A stretch of DNA of 60,896 nucleotides from Spirochaetes bacterium RBG_13_51_14 (GTDB lineage Bacteria; Spirochaetota; UBA4802; UBA5550): NCBI GenBank assembly GCA_001829455.1, contig MIBH01000009.1, forward strand, positions 2,263 to 63,158, written 5' to 3'. The translations under genes were made by a program, and so were the position numbers. The notes below the pieces were generated by a model, which was not told where the DNA came from, did not search any database, and worked only from the letters and a program-made list of their open reading frames with translations. This document shows, piece after piece, positions 38,388 through 47,328 of this stretch. Each line of letters starts with the position of its first letter. Position 1 is the first letter of the stretch.

Positions 38388-38859
38388 CTCTATCCTCATT
38401 AAAACGATATTGATTCAATTGTAACTATTCGCGTTTCCTTGTATAAATATACTATCATCATATTCAATATTCAATCTAAGATACAAATTTATTCAATATG
38501 TTACACCCTGCACCGAATAGAGCACATCTCATGTTTTATGATGCGAACTTATAAGAAACGAATGTATGTTAAAATAACCATCCGTGTCTGAGGATAAATT
38601 TCCGCAATGCGTAAACTTAATGCCATCCCTGCGCATCCCCTTTGAAATCATAAGAATTTTATGAGCTTTCATATCGCATTCAAAATGCTGATTAACTGTT
38701 ATAACACATGATGCGAAACTGACTGATGAAATTAACACATTATATTATATCGAGCAGATGTCTATTGCCATGTGCGAGAATAATATTTCCAAGACTAATG
38801 CTAACGATCGACATGAAAATTCAAGGGTAAAAAAATTTAAAAAAGCAAAAAAAAAATGC

Positions 38860-38888
38860 TTGCAATATACTACACATTTTTATACTAT
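38860..38888 (+). promoter_or_regulatory. sigma70-like promoter candidate (TTGCAA-17 nt-TACTAT)
   Basis: Hexamers at 38860-38865 and 38883-38888, about 30 nt upstream of the small Cys-rich ORF. Confidence 0.4.
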
Positions 38889-38920
38889 ACATATGTGGAT
38901 ATAAATGGGGCTTAAACAAA

Positions 38921-39034
38921 ATGGTGAAACTCAATATCGCTAAGAAAATATGCCCTGAGTGCGGACATTATTTAATTCCGGATTCAGGATGCTTTTTTTG
39001 TCAGTATTGCGGGTTTTCCCACTGCTATATATAG
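38921..39034 (+). CDS. 37-aa Cys-rich (zinc-ribbon-like) micro-protein
   Basis: MVKLNIAKKICPECGHYLIPDSGCFFCQYCGFSHCYI has CxxC, C..C, CxxC and a final Cys. The SD is weak. Below the ORF-track cutoff. Confidence 0.4.
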   Translation: MVKLNIAKKICPECGHYLIPDSGCFFCQYCGFSHCYI

Positions 39035-39059
39035 TATTTCAATTGTTTAAAGGAGTATT

Positions 39060-39320
39060 ATGAATATCTATGCATCCAAAACAGGCCATACTTTTTATAC
39101 GCTTGCCGATTCTGAAAAAAGAAATCCTTATCAGATTGCACCAAAAAGGATTTATAAGAATTTTGAGAAAAACCGGCGCTCAACCGCCGCAGCCTCAGGC
39201 CGGGATCGAAACAGAACCGGCATTGATGCCATTATTACATTCTTCAGGGGCACCGTCGTAACCGGCTGCGACGGAACAATTGAATGGAATACCAGAAAAC
39301 TGTTTTCCGTCCCGGAGTAA
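39060..39320 (+). CDS. hypothetical 86-aa protein
   Basis: AGGAG lies 5 nt upstream of the ATG, 25 nt after the micro-ORF. No motif recognised. Confidence 0.5.
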   Translation: MNIYASKTGHTFYTLADSEKRNPYQIAPKRIYKNFEKNRRSTAAASGRDRNRTGIDAIITFFRGTVVTGCDGTIEWNTRKLFSVPE

Positions 39321-39395
39321 CGAAAAACGCAGATATTCCCCGCCAGATCGTGAACAGAACCGGGCTCATCTGTCAACATTAAACGAGACAAAAAG

Positions 39396-39476
39396 GAACA
39401 GAGCTGCCGCACACAACACGCACCACGAACCACAAAAAGCTCTCCCCACACCAGACATGGCTCTGTTCTTTTTTTT
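39396..39476 (+). terminator. long-loop hairpin plus T8 run; terminator or 3' end of a small RNA
   Basis: GAACAGAGC (39396-39404) pairs with GCTCTGTTC (39460-39468) and is followed by TTTTTTTT. The loop is CA-rich and holds an alternative AGAGCT/AGCTCT pairing. Confidence 0.4.
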
Positions 39477-39549
39477 ATCCGCGCAATAAGCCGCACAGGG
39501 AAAACCCCTGTAAAAATAACAAACCCCTCATCAAGGGGCTCTCTCGTTT

Positions 39550-39633
39550 TGCCGAAGGAGGGACTTGAACCCTCATGGTGTTGCCACCGGCGGATTTTGA
39601 GTCCGCTGCGTCTACCAATTCCACCACTTCGGC
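39550..39633 (-). tRNA. trnL: tRNA-Leu (anticodon CAA), class II with a long variable arm, no encoded CCA
   Basis: GCCGAAGTGGTGGAATTGGTAGACGCAGCGGACTCAAAATCCGCCGGTGGCAACACCATGAGGGTTCAAGTCCCTCCTTCGGCA. Acceptor GCCGAAG/CTTCGGC, anticodon stem GCGGA/TCCGC, T-arm GAGGG-TTCAAGT-CCCTC. Confidence 0.95.
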
Positions 39634-39648
39634 GCATGTATCAGCACA

Positions 39649-40065
39649 TCAATCGGGCTGGGGAATCTCATCATATTCCATGTACTTTCCCTTGGCCCGG
39701 GCTACGATCTTCCCCATTTCGTTCTCGATCTCTGCTCTATTCTCAATAACGCGCTTGCTCTTTTTTACGTACCAGCCGCGTATGTAGAGGTTCTCGCCCA
39801 CGTACGCCGGCTGCAGGTATCGAATCGTCAATTCGCTGGTGAGGGCGATTGTTTCCAGATACTTATTGACCGTAATCATCGTTTCGTCAAGAATAGCCGC
39901 GATGATACCGGCATGTATTATGTTAGGCGGGCCCTCGAGAAGTTCATGAGCGGTGTACTGGCCAAATGCTGTTTTTGTATCGTCATCAAATTCCAACTGC
40001 AGCCTGAGACCCTTTTCGTTATCCGGGCCGCAGCCGAAACATATTTTATCTTCGAATTCAAGCAT
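39649..40065 (-). CDS. PaaI-type hotdog-fold thioesterase
   Basis: CFGCGPDNEKGLRL .. HAGIIAAILDE pattern. I use the ATG at 40065. The ORF track uses an upstream TTG at 40104. Confidence 0.8.
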   Translation of the reverse strand: MLEFEDKICFGCGPDNEKGLRLQLEFDDDTKTAFGQYTAHELLEGPPNIIHAGIIAAILDETMITVNKYLETIALTSELTIRYLQPAYVGENLYIRGWYVKKSKRVIENRAEIENEMGKIVARAKGKYMEYDEIPQPD

Positions 40066-40123
40066 GCAGGCATTTCTGAAATAATATGATTCTTTTGTCA
40101 ACAATTTTATTATTCTGGATAGG

Positions 40124-40411
40124 CTACTTCCCCTTCATTCGTTCAATGATCATATCCACTTCATCCTGATCGAGCCATTCATCCACATGAGAGGGATTCT
40201 CATCAGTCTCCATGAGGTACATCTCCAGGGCCATGACCAGCTCTTCTTTTGTCAGAGCCCCCAGTGTTACCAAAATTTCACCGATAAGCCGCCCCTTATT
40301 ATATTTTTGCATGTCCAGGGCGTCGTCGAGCTGCGTCTTGGTGATTATGCTATTGTCCACCAGGAATTCTCCGACTCTTTTAATCCGCTTATCCGGCTCT
40401 TTTGATGTCAC
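40124..40411 (-). CDS. standalone MshEN / GspE-N-terminal-like domain protein (95 aa)
   Basis: RVGEFLVDNSIITKTQLDDALDMQ and LIGEILVTLGALTKEELVMALEMY follow the tandem RLGxxLLxxGLLxxxxLxxxLxxQ pattern. Confidence 0.7.
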   Translation of the reverse strand: MTSKEPDKRIKRVGEFLVDNSIITKTQLDDALDMQKYNKGRLIGEILVTLGALTKEELVMALEMYLMETDENPSHVDEWLDQDEVDMIIERMKGK

Positions 40412-40575
40412 AATTATCCTCCGCTATTAATTAATAGCAATTGCACGCATAATGTCAATAATATTTTCTTGCCGTGAATGATTGGCGTCGCTCCCCTGGC
40501 CGTAATTACACCCGCACATTGTGTGTGGGATGCTCCTGAACAAAGCTTCCATGATATGTATAACTGATTTCTTTA

Positions 40576-40680
40576 TTCCCCTCCCTTGATGGGAGGGGTC
40601 AGGGGAGGGTGATTGCAACGCCTGATACATCCAGCAGTTATTCACCCCCACCTAACCTCCCCCATCGAGGGGGAGGGAGG
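40576..40680. repeat. pair of C-tract/G-tract hairpin repeat units (inverted, CACCC ends inward)
   Basis: CCCCTCCC-ttgat-GGGAGGGG then tcAGGGGAGGGTGAT. Second unit is TCACCCCCACCTAACCTCCCCC-atcga-GGGGGAGGGAGG. GGGAGGGGTCAGGGGAGGG (40591-40609) is a four-tract G-run. Confidence 0.8.
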
Positions 40681-40752
40681 TCTTATTCCAACATTCGCCT
40701 AACTCAAGTTAATTATATTTCTTGACGGGGAAGACTCAATATTCCATATTTT

Positions 40753-41415
40753 ATGAATACTTGCATTCGCTGCATGATTATGAACAAAAACCTCAACATA
40801 CACGGTTCTTTTGTTCTGGCGTTTTTCCTGTCCGTCCTGTTTTCAGTCTCCCTTTTTTCGGATGATGTAAAACAGGCTTATGTCGGGAGCGCCGTATGCG
40901 GCGAATGTCACCGGTCAGAGGCGATCGGCAGTCAATACGACAAGTGGCTGCGGACGCCCCATGCGAAAGCGGTGCTGATCTTAAAAACCGAATCAGCGCT
41001 CTCTATCGCGAAAAAGTTATCCATCACCACCCCGTCTGAAGACCGGCAGTGCCTGCGCTGCCATACCACGGGAGGCGGACGGCACCAGAAAACAATAACT
41101 GAAGGGATTGGATGCGAGGCATGCCACGGCCCCGGGGGCGTCTACTACGAGTTCAGCAAACATGTTGATACGGTCAACCGGCAGGGAGCGTACGAAACCG
41201 CGCTGAAAAACGGTATGTACCCCGTGCTGGGGATCAGAAGCATAAAAAAGAGGGAGAAGCTGTGCCGGCATTGCCACGACAGCCGGCGTCCCTGTTACCC
41301 GACGTCTCCGGAGGAGATATACCGCCAGACGATTTCACTGCAAGTGATTTCTGATCTGAAAAAGGGCGACCTGTCCCTGAAGCATCAGCTCATCCCTCCC
41401 TTCCCGCAGTACTGA
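40753..41415 (+). CDS. tetrahaem c-type cytochrome (cytochrome c554-like family)
   Basis: Four CxxCH motifs (CGECH, CLRCH, CEACH, CRHCH) after a signal-like segment. The start among three nearby ATGs is uncertain. Confidence 0.88.
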   Translation: MNTCIRCMIMNKNLNIHGSFVLAFFLSVLFSVSLFSDDVKQAYVGSAVCGECHRSEAIGSQYDKWLRTPHAKAVLILKTESALSIAKKLSITTPSEDRQCLRCHTTGGGRHQKTITEGIGCEACHGPGGVYYEFSKHVDTVNRQGAYETALKNGMYPVLGIRSIKKREKLCRHCHDSRRPCYPTSPEEIYRQTISLQVISDLKKGDLSLKHQLIPPFPQY

Positions 41416-42394
41416 TGTCCCTCCGGTCCATTGCTATTCTCAGCCACGTGAAGCTTTCGGCTTTCAGGAGAGTCCTGTTCATGTCCCGCACCGTTCGGCT
41501 CATGGAGGAAAAAGTATCATCACCGAATATATCCGCCCCGCTGAATATATTCTTTTCACTGGAAAAGAACGCTTTGCCCAGGGTCTCCTCTGCATAGCAG
41601 GCATTGATGTCAAAGCTCGACAGCCGCTTCAGCGACGCCACCATCGGCATTATCTCTTTCCTGAACAGGATATCCACCAGCAGGCTGTACAGCTCCTCCA
41701 GGCTCAGGATATATCTGGTGAGCCTGTTGAGTCCGCCCACCAGTTCGTGGACGAACAGGCCCTCCCGCATGTCCTTGTACGCCAGGACCGGGATAGCGCG
41801 CGCCACCTGGCTCGAATAATATTTTCTCACCAGGCCGTTCAGGTCAAGGGCGGTTGTGCCCAGGTTCACCAGCATGAAGCGCACGCCGGGTTTCAGAGCC
41901 AGGCCGAACAGACCGTCAACTGTATCCACGAACTCGGTCCGGTAATTAAACCGTGTTATGACGGTCCCGACGACGTCCATGACGGCGGCGTCATCATCGA
42001 GAACCACGAACGAACCGGCGTCTGTGTCCTGCTCTTCGCTAATCATGCCCATAAACCGACAGAGGTGATCCGCGTCGTAGTTTCGCATCAGGTCGGCGAT
42101 ACCGCAATCAAGAATGAAACGCCGCATCTCTTCAGTCATGGTGTCCGCATAGCAGATGACGGGTCCCTTATCCCTGAGCGCCCGGTACAGCGCGGCATTA
42201 TTTTCAATGCTCCCGGCTGTAACCTCGGCAACGGACGCGCAGCATGAAGGAATCCGCTCTATTTCCCGGAGCGTGTCAGGGGACGGGGAGAGGCTGTATT
42301 CAGTTACGGCATACCCTCCCTCAATCAGCGCCTGGCGGTACATGAAGTTCTTTGTTGTGGCAAGGAGCACCCGTTTCATGATGTTATGTCGCAT
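41390..42394 (-). CDS. hypothetical protein with receiver-like (pseudo-REC) segments
   Basis: FVVLDDDAAVMDVV ... FMLVNLG ... has the REC layout, but Asn replaces the phospho-acceptor Asp. Converges on the cytochrome gene and overlaps it by 26 nt. Confidence 0.55.
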   Translation of the reverse strand: MRHNIMKRVLLATTKNFMYRQALIEGGYAVTEYSLSPSPDTLREIERIPSCCASVAEVTAGSIENNAALYRALRDKGPVICYADTMTEEMRRFILDCGIADLMRNYDADHLCRFMGMISEEQDTDAGSFVVLDDDAAVMDVVGTVITRFNYRTEFVDTVDGLFGLALKPGVRFMLVNLGTTALDLNGLVRKYYSSQVARAIPVLAYKDMREGLFVHELVGGLNRLTRYILSLEELYSLLVDILFRKEIMPMVASLKRLSSFDINACYAEETLGKAFFSSEKNIFSGADIFGDDTFSSMSRTVRDMNRTLLKAESFTWLRIAMDRRDISTAGREG

Positions 42395-42447
42395 ATTGCA
42401 ATGCCGATACAGGTGCTGTCAATTCATTTACATTAATACCCTACAGA

Positions 42448-42864
42448 TCAACCGAGCGATTCAGAATACTTACTCACCTCTTCATTGGTCATGATCAGCG
42501 CAATGGTCGCGGCGCCTATCACCAGCTCGGAAACAACACTCAGCCAGCTCACCTTGCCGCCGGCCGCCACGGTGTAAACCACCCAGAGTACGTTGTATCC
42601 GATCAATCCGATGGCGTACATTTTTATAATGGCGATGCCGCCCGCCCGATCCCAGAGCACCTTGATGCCGCTGATAAAGGCGATCACGCCCACGCCCAGA
42701 CTCGCGACGCCGATGATGATCTCAAAAACGCCGCCGACATCCCCGATAATCTGGGAAATGCCGCCGAATATCATCAATCCCCCGCGGATGCTGGAAAAAA
42801 CGCCGGTGATGAGGGCGAGCACTGCCAGGAGATTGAGCACCGTCGGCTTCTGTATGTCTGACAT
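42448..42864 (-). CDS. small four-TM membrane protein
   Basis: 138 aa with four Gly/Ile-rich hydrophobic helices. Confidence 0.6.
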   Translation of the reverse strand: MSDIQKPTVLNLLAVLALITGVFSSIRGGLMIFGGISQIIGDVGGVFEIIIGVASLGVGVIAFISGIKVLWDRAGGIAIIKMYAIGLIGYNVLWVVYTVAAGGKVSWLSVVSELVIGAATIALIMTNEEVSKYSESLG

Positions 42865-42974
42865 GACATTCCTCCAACTTCACGGAATACGATTAGAAAT
42901 GTGCGACCAGAATAATACAACAACAAGTCTAAAATACTTGTATGAAAATTTTTACAATTATAACATGTTAAAAC

Positions 42975-43002
42975 AGCATGTGCTACTGAGGTAGCACATG
43001 CT
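42975..43002 (-). terminator. 12-bp perfect hairpin 3' of the DUF5684-like gene
   Basis: AGCATGTGCTAC-tgag-GTAGCACATGCT, followed on the minus strand by GTTTTAA. Confidence 0.6.
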
Positions 43003-43017
43003 AAAGGATTCAACTTG

Positions 43018-43377
43018 TTAAGCGGACTTAGCTGGCGCGGTGTATTTATCTTGGCCGAAACCCAGCATCGGGTAACCGACGAAGGGAAGAATGACAAGGA
43101 GGCCGAAACCCCATCCTTTGCTCTTCCCGAAACAGACAGCCACTTCCATTGAAACTAATATTATTGCGACGATGTTGACAAAAGGAATCAGAAACAGTAC
43201 AATCCACCATAGAGGCTTTCCAACAATTTCAAGGAGAATGATGAGGTTATAAATCGGGATAATAGCGGCCCATCCCGGTTTCCCAGCTTTTTCAAACACT
43301 TTCCACATGCCGGCAATAATCAGAACAATTATCGCCAGATATATAATCCAGCCTATAACGCTTCCCCCTTGGTTCAT
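43018..43377 (-). CDS. DUF5684-like small membrane protein
   Basis: MWKVFEKAGKPGWAAIIPIYNLIILLEIVGKPLWW motif. The ATG at 43377 is preceded by GGAGG. The ORF-track extension to 43707 overlaps tadA and is rejected. Confidence 0.75.
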   Translation of the reverse strand: MNQGGSVIGWIIYLAIIVLIIAGMWKVFEKAGKPGWAAIIPIYNLIILLEIVGKPLWWIVLFLIPFVNIVAIILVSMEVAVCFGKSKGWGFGLLVILPFVGYPMLGFGQDKYTAPAKSA

Positions 43378-43499
43378 AAAACAACCTCCGATTAAATTTT
43401 TTTTAATGCTTGGTTCTATAGTGCGATTATACTGAAAATCTGTATAAAAATCAATAATTTTATTTTTATTGGTTAATTTAAAGTAATGGAGATGTTTCC

Positions 43500-43950
<451 letters not shown>

Positions 43951-43976
<26 letters not shown>

Positions 43977-44724
43977 CCCGCTTCTTCAATTTTTCGTAAT
44001 GGCTCCCCTTCCAGTAAATCCTCCCGCACTCCCCGCACCGGTAGAACTCGCGGCACCACGCGTATACTCCCGTCGGAATGCGTTCCGCTATCTCCGGCGA
44101 ATCCTGGCCCGCGAGGTCAAGGGGCGCGATTTTCCCGCTGCACTCGATGCACCGGGTAAAGGGACGGCACAGGCTCCAGAGGTCGAGCCGTTCCAGCACC
44201 TCGGCGACCTGCCGTTCCGGGTCGGTGTTGCGCACGTACAGGCCGCGGGACACCTTTTTCCTCATCATGAGCTGGCGGTCCCGGGAGAGGAGGATCCGGT
44301 TCTCCCGCTCGGCGACGTCCGCCAGCGCATTGTCGTCCCGCGCCGGCGCATAATCCACGTCAAATCCCAGGAGCCGCAGACGCCGCGCCAGCTTGTTGAG
44401 ATGAACGTCCAGCACGAAGCGCGGCTCCCTCAGGGGCCGCGGCCGGAGCCGCGTCACCGTTCCAATCGCGAGTGTCTCGAACACGGGATAGACGCTGATC
44501 CGGTCGCCGTCCTCTATTATATACGAAAAATCGACCGACGCGCCGTTGACCAGGATGAGGTCCACTTCCACGTGCGGGACGCCGAAGGATTCGATCAGGT
44601 CCTTGACCGAGCGCCGTCCCGGAAACGCGGATTCGATGTCTCTCTTCTTACGGGAATGTTCCAGGAAATCATTGAGCTCTTCGTAAAATCTGATGGTGAC
44701 ATGGTACATGGAAGATCCATCCAT
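43951..44724 (-). CDS. Mut7-C family protein (ubiquitin-like N-domain, PIN-like Mut7-C RNase domain, C-terminal zinc ribbon)
   Basis: YHVTIRFYEELNDFL..GDRISVYP (beta-grasp), FVLDVHLNKLARRLRLLGFDV, CIECSG..CGECGRIYWKGSHY. Confidence 0.8.
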
Positions 44725-44731
44725 GGACGGT

Positions 44732-45307
44732 TCAGAGGTCCAGGATCAGGCTGTCCAGCGGGCGTTTGGGCACATGGTGCCTGTTTTTCTCGTCCCTCCA
44801 GTACCGTATGTCGCCCGAGGCGTCGAGGTCCTCTATCACAACGGTCTCCTTCGGCTTTCCCAGTGCGACGGCCATGTGTATCTCGTACTGCGCCGGTATG
44901 CTCAGGGCGGTTCTCAGCCCCTCTTTTTTGATCGCTGCCAGCATGCACCCGCCCAGGCCCATGGCTGCGGCTCCCAGCAGTATGGTCTGGGCAGCGATGC
45001 CGTGATCGCAGTCCACTGTTTTGCTTATGTTCATGTCGTTCAGTATGATTATATACGCGGCCGGCCGCTCCCCTTCTGCCGGGCCGTCCCAGTCCGCGAG
45101 GTATGCCGCCCAGGCAAGGTGCTGGAAGATGATCGCGTTCTTCTCCGGATGGTGGGAAAGAACATAGCGCAGCGGCTGACGGTTCGCCGCAGACGGCGTG
45201 AGGCGCGCCAGGTCCACAAGATCGCGCAGCGTACCATGGCTTATATCATGCTGCTGATAAAAGCGCCGGTAGCTGCGGTTTTTTATGACCAGTTCTTTAA
45301 AGTCCAT
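44732..45307 (-). CDS. nitroreductase-family flavoprotein
   Basis: IKNRSYRRF..L..ARLTPSAANRQP signature. 191 aa. Confidence 0.88.
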   Translation of the reverse strand: MDFKELVIKNRSYRRFYQQHDISHGTLRDLVDLARLTPSAANRQPLRYVLSHHPEKNAIIFQHLAWAAYLADWDGPAEGERPAAYIIILNDMNISKTVDCDHGIAAQTILLGAAAMGLGGCMLAAIKKEGLRTALSIPAQYEIHMAVALGKPKETVVIEDLDASGDIRYWRDEKNRHHVPKRPLDSLILDL

Positions 45308-45325
45308 CGAGAGCCTCCTGTCTAC

Positions 45326-45448
45326 TTGACCTCACCCCTCCTCCGGCGCGCCCTCTCCCACAGGGCGAGGGCTCTGTGACAAAATAAATTTTTCTATGTT
45401 CCCCCCGTCTCCCCGCGGGAGAAGGGGGGCCAGGGGGGATGAGGTCAA
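45326..45448. repeat. 123-bp unit made of two inverted C/G-tract repeat copies with TTGACCTCA / TGAGGTCAA termini
   Basis: Left arm TTGACCTCACCCCTCCTCCGGCGCGCCCTCTCCCACAGGGCGAGGGC. The reverse complement of the right arm is TTGACCTCATCCCCCCTGGCCCCCCTTCTCCCGCGGGGAGACGGGGGG. An AT-rich spacer of about 26 nt separates them. Confidence 0.75.
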
Positions 45449-45519
45449 CTTGCAAGAATAAGTCAATCCGGCTCAGATGCGGACAGGGTGTCATCGCCTG
45501 GTTGGCGTGACCGCGCCTC

Positions 45520-47007
45520 CTATATATACTTCGGCTCCTTATACGAGTACATGTCGTGAACGCCGCCTTCGAGCTGGGCCGACGGCGACCGCAGCTCGAA
45601 CCGAAGCTTGCCGGCAACGAGGTTCTCATGCAGGGTCTTCACGTCCCGCGTGCCCATGTCCTGAAAAGAATGCTTGAGCCCCTGAATCAGGTACGGCACG
45701 AATTCAAACAGCGATCCCTTGTCCAGCACCGCGCCGGACACCCCCTGAACCACTTTGATCTTGGTGTCCTCGGCGAAGTACCGTTTGGAGCCGCCGGCCT
45801 CCAGCGCCTCCTGCGACGCCATGCCGCGGTACTTTTTGAGGCGCACGCCGTTCTCGTAAAAGTATTCGCCCGGCGCCTCGTTCGTGCCGGCGAACATGGA
45901 GCCCATCATGACCGATGACGCGCCTAGGGCAAGCGCCTTTGCAATATGGCCGATGGTGGATATTCCGCCGTCCGCGATGACGGGGATTGAATGTTTACGG
46001 GCGTGGCGCGCGGTGCGGTACACGGCGGTGGCCTGCGCGCGCCCCACTGCCATGGTCATCTGCGTGGTGCAGATAGAGCCCGGACCCATGCCGATCCGCA
46101 GGCCGTCCGCTCCGGCCTTGATCAGGTTCTCACACTGCTCGCCGGCAACCACGTTCCCGCCGATGACATCGATCTTTGGGTATTTCTTTTTGATGTATCG
46201 TATCATGTCGGTCTCGTAGATCGAATTGCCCTGCGCCGCGTCAACGACGACGACGTCAACGCCGGCTTCCACCAGAGCGTCGAGCCGGTCCCACGATTCT
46301 TCTCGCGTCGCCAGGGCGGCGCCCACCATGAGCTGTTTCTGCGGATCCTTCGATGCGAGGGGATACTCGCGGTTTTTTAGTAAATCTTTGCGGGACATGA
46401 GGGCCACGAGCCTTCCCTTGTCGTCCACGATGGGAAGCTTTCCCTTCTTCGAGTTTTTCAAAATCTGGTTCGCCTGGCTCAGTGAAATCCCCTTCTTCGC
46501 CGTTACCAGATCGGTGGTCATAACATCGGACAGCTTCTTGGTCCGGTCTGTTTCGAAATCAATGTCGCGGTTGGTGACGATTCCCAGGAGGAGGGAATTG
46601 AGCCTGCCGTCCTCTGTGATCGGGATGCCGGAAAAGCCGTATTTTTCCTTTATCCGGTCAATATCGGCCAGAGTGTTGCCCGGTGAAAGCACGATGGGAT
46701 CCATGATGAAGCCGTTCTCGAAGCGCTTGACCTTCCGGACCTCCGCAGCCTGCTCCTCAATGGTGTTATTGTAGTGGATGATCCCGATGCCTCCGAGGAG
46801 GGCGAGGCCGATGGCCATCTTCGATTCCGTCACCGTGTCCATGGGACTGGACACCAGCGGATTCTTGATTTTTATATTCCTGGTCAAATTCGATTCAAGG
46901 ATGACATCCTCGGGCGAAAAATCGATAAAGCCGGGGAGAATGATAAAATCATTGTAAGCCCAACCGTTTTCTTTGGTAAATAATTCTTCAGCGGAAAAGC
47001 CGTCCAT
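45520..47007 (-). CDS. guaB: IMP dehydrogenase
   Basis: Full-length match to the family pattern, including tandem CBS domains and the active-site loop [10 protein letters not shown] (here [10 protein letters not shown]). Confidence 0.96.
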   Translation of the reverse strand: MDGFSAEELFTKENGWAYNDFIILPGFIDFSPEDVILESNLTRNIKIKNPLVSSPMDTVTESKMAIGLALLGGIGIIHYNNTIEEQAAEVRKVKRFENGFIMDPIVLSPGNTLADIDRIKEKYGFSGIPITEDGRLNSLLLGIVTNRDIDFETDRTKKLSDVMTTDLVTAKKGISLSQANQILKNSKKGKLPIVDDKGRLVALMSRKDLLKNREYPLASKDPQKQLMVGAALATREESWDRLDALVEAGVDVVVVDAAQGNSIYETDMIRYIKKKYPKIDVIGGNVVAGEQCENLIKAGADGLRIGMGPGSICTTQMTMAVGRAQATAVYRTARHARKHSIPVIADGGISTIGHIAKALALGASSVMMGSMFAGTNEAPGEYFYENGVRLKKYRGMASQEALEAGGSKRYFAEDTKIKVVQGVSGAVLDKGSLFEFVPYLIQGLKHSFQDMGTRDVKTLHENLVAGKLRFELRSPSAQLEGGVHDMYSYKEPKYI

Positions 47008-47328
47008 ATAGAGTATCGCTCCCTTTAAAAATTCAATGCGTGGCGCCCAATATTACACTTATTTGAATTATTTTATTGCATATTTTGTCAAGCATTAACA
47101 CACTTGCATTGTGATTAAAGAGATCGTGCGGCAGGATTGCAATGGGCTTCAAACGGGTTATGCAGTGAACCGGAGCGGCCCGTGTGATTTGTGGGATACC
47201 CATAAAAAATCCACACCTGAAAATTCGGATTTTACCAGCCGCACCGGAAGATTGCCGTATCAAAGGGTTTGACGCGCAAACGTCACGGGTTGTCATGACT
47301 GATAAGCCCGTTGCATTAGATATCAGAA

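Noticed and set aside
38400-39549. Integrated element at tRNA-Leu, with an att direct repeat of the tRNA 3' end.
   Set aside because: I found no copy of the tRNA 3' segment (GGTTCAAGTCCCTCCTTCGGCA or its complement) elsewhere in the region and no integrase gene. Only the compositional anomaly remains, and that is reported as a finding.
39152-39749. ORFs 39152-39637 (-) and 39549-39749 (+) overlapping the tRNA.
   Set aside because: They read through the tRNA-Leu gene and terminator hairpins and have no independent support.
40427-40651. 74-aa ORF (..PSPDPSHQGRGIKK..) and the similar ORFs 45297-45629 and 55225-55500.
   Set aside because: They run through the C-tract/G-tract repeats, and their Pro/Gly/Arg-rich peptides are by-products of those repeats. 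They have no SD and no coding-like flanks.
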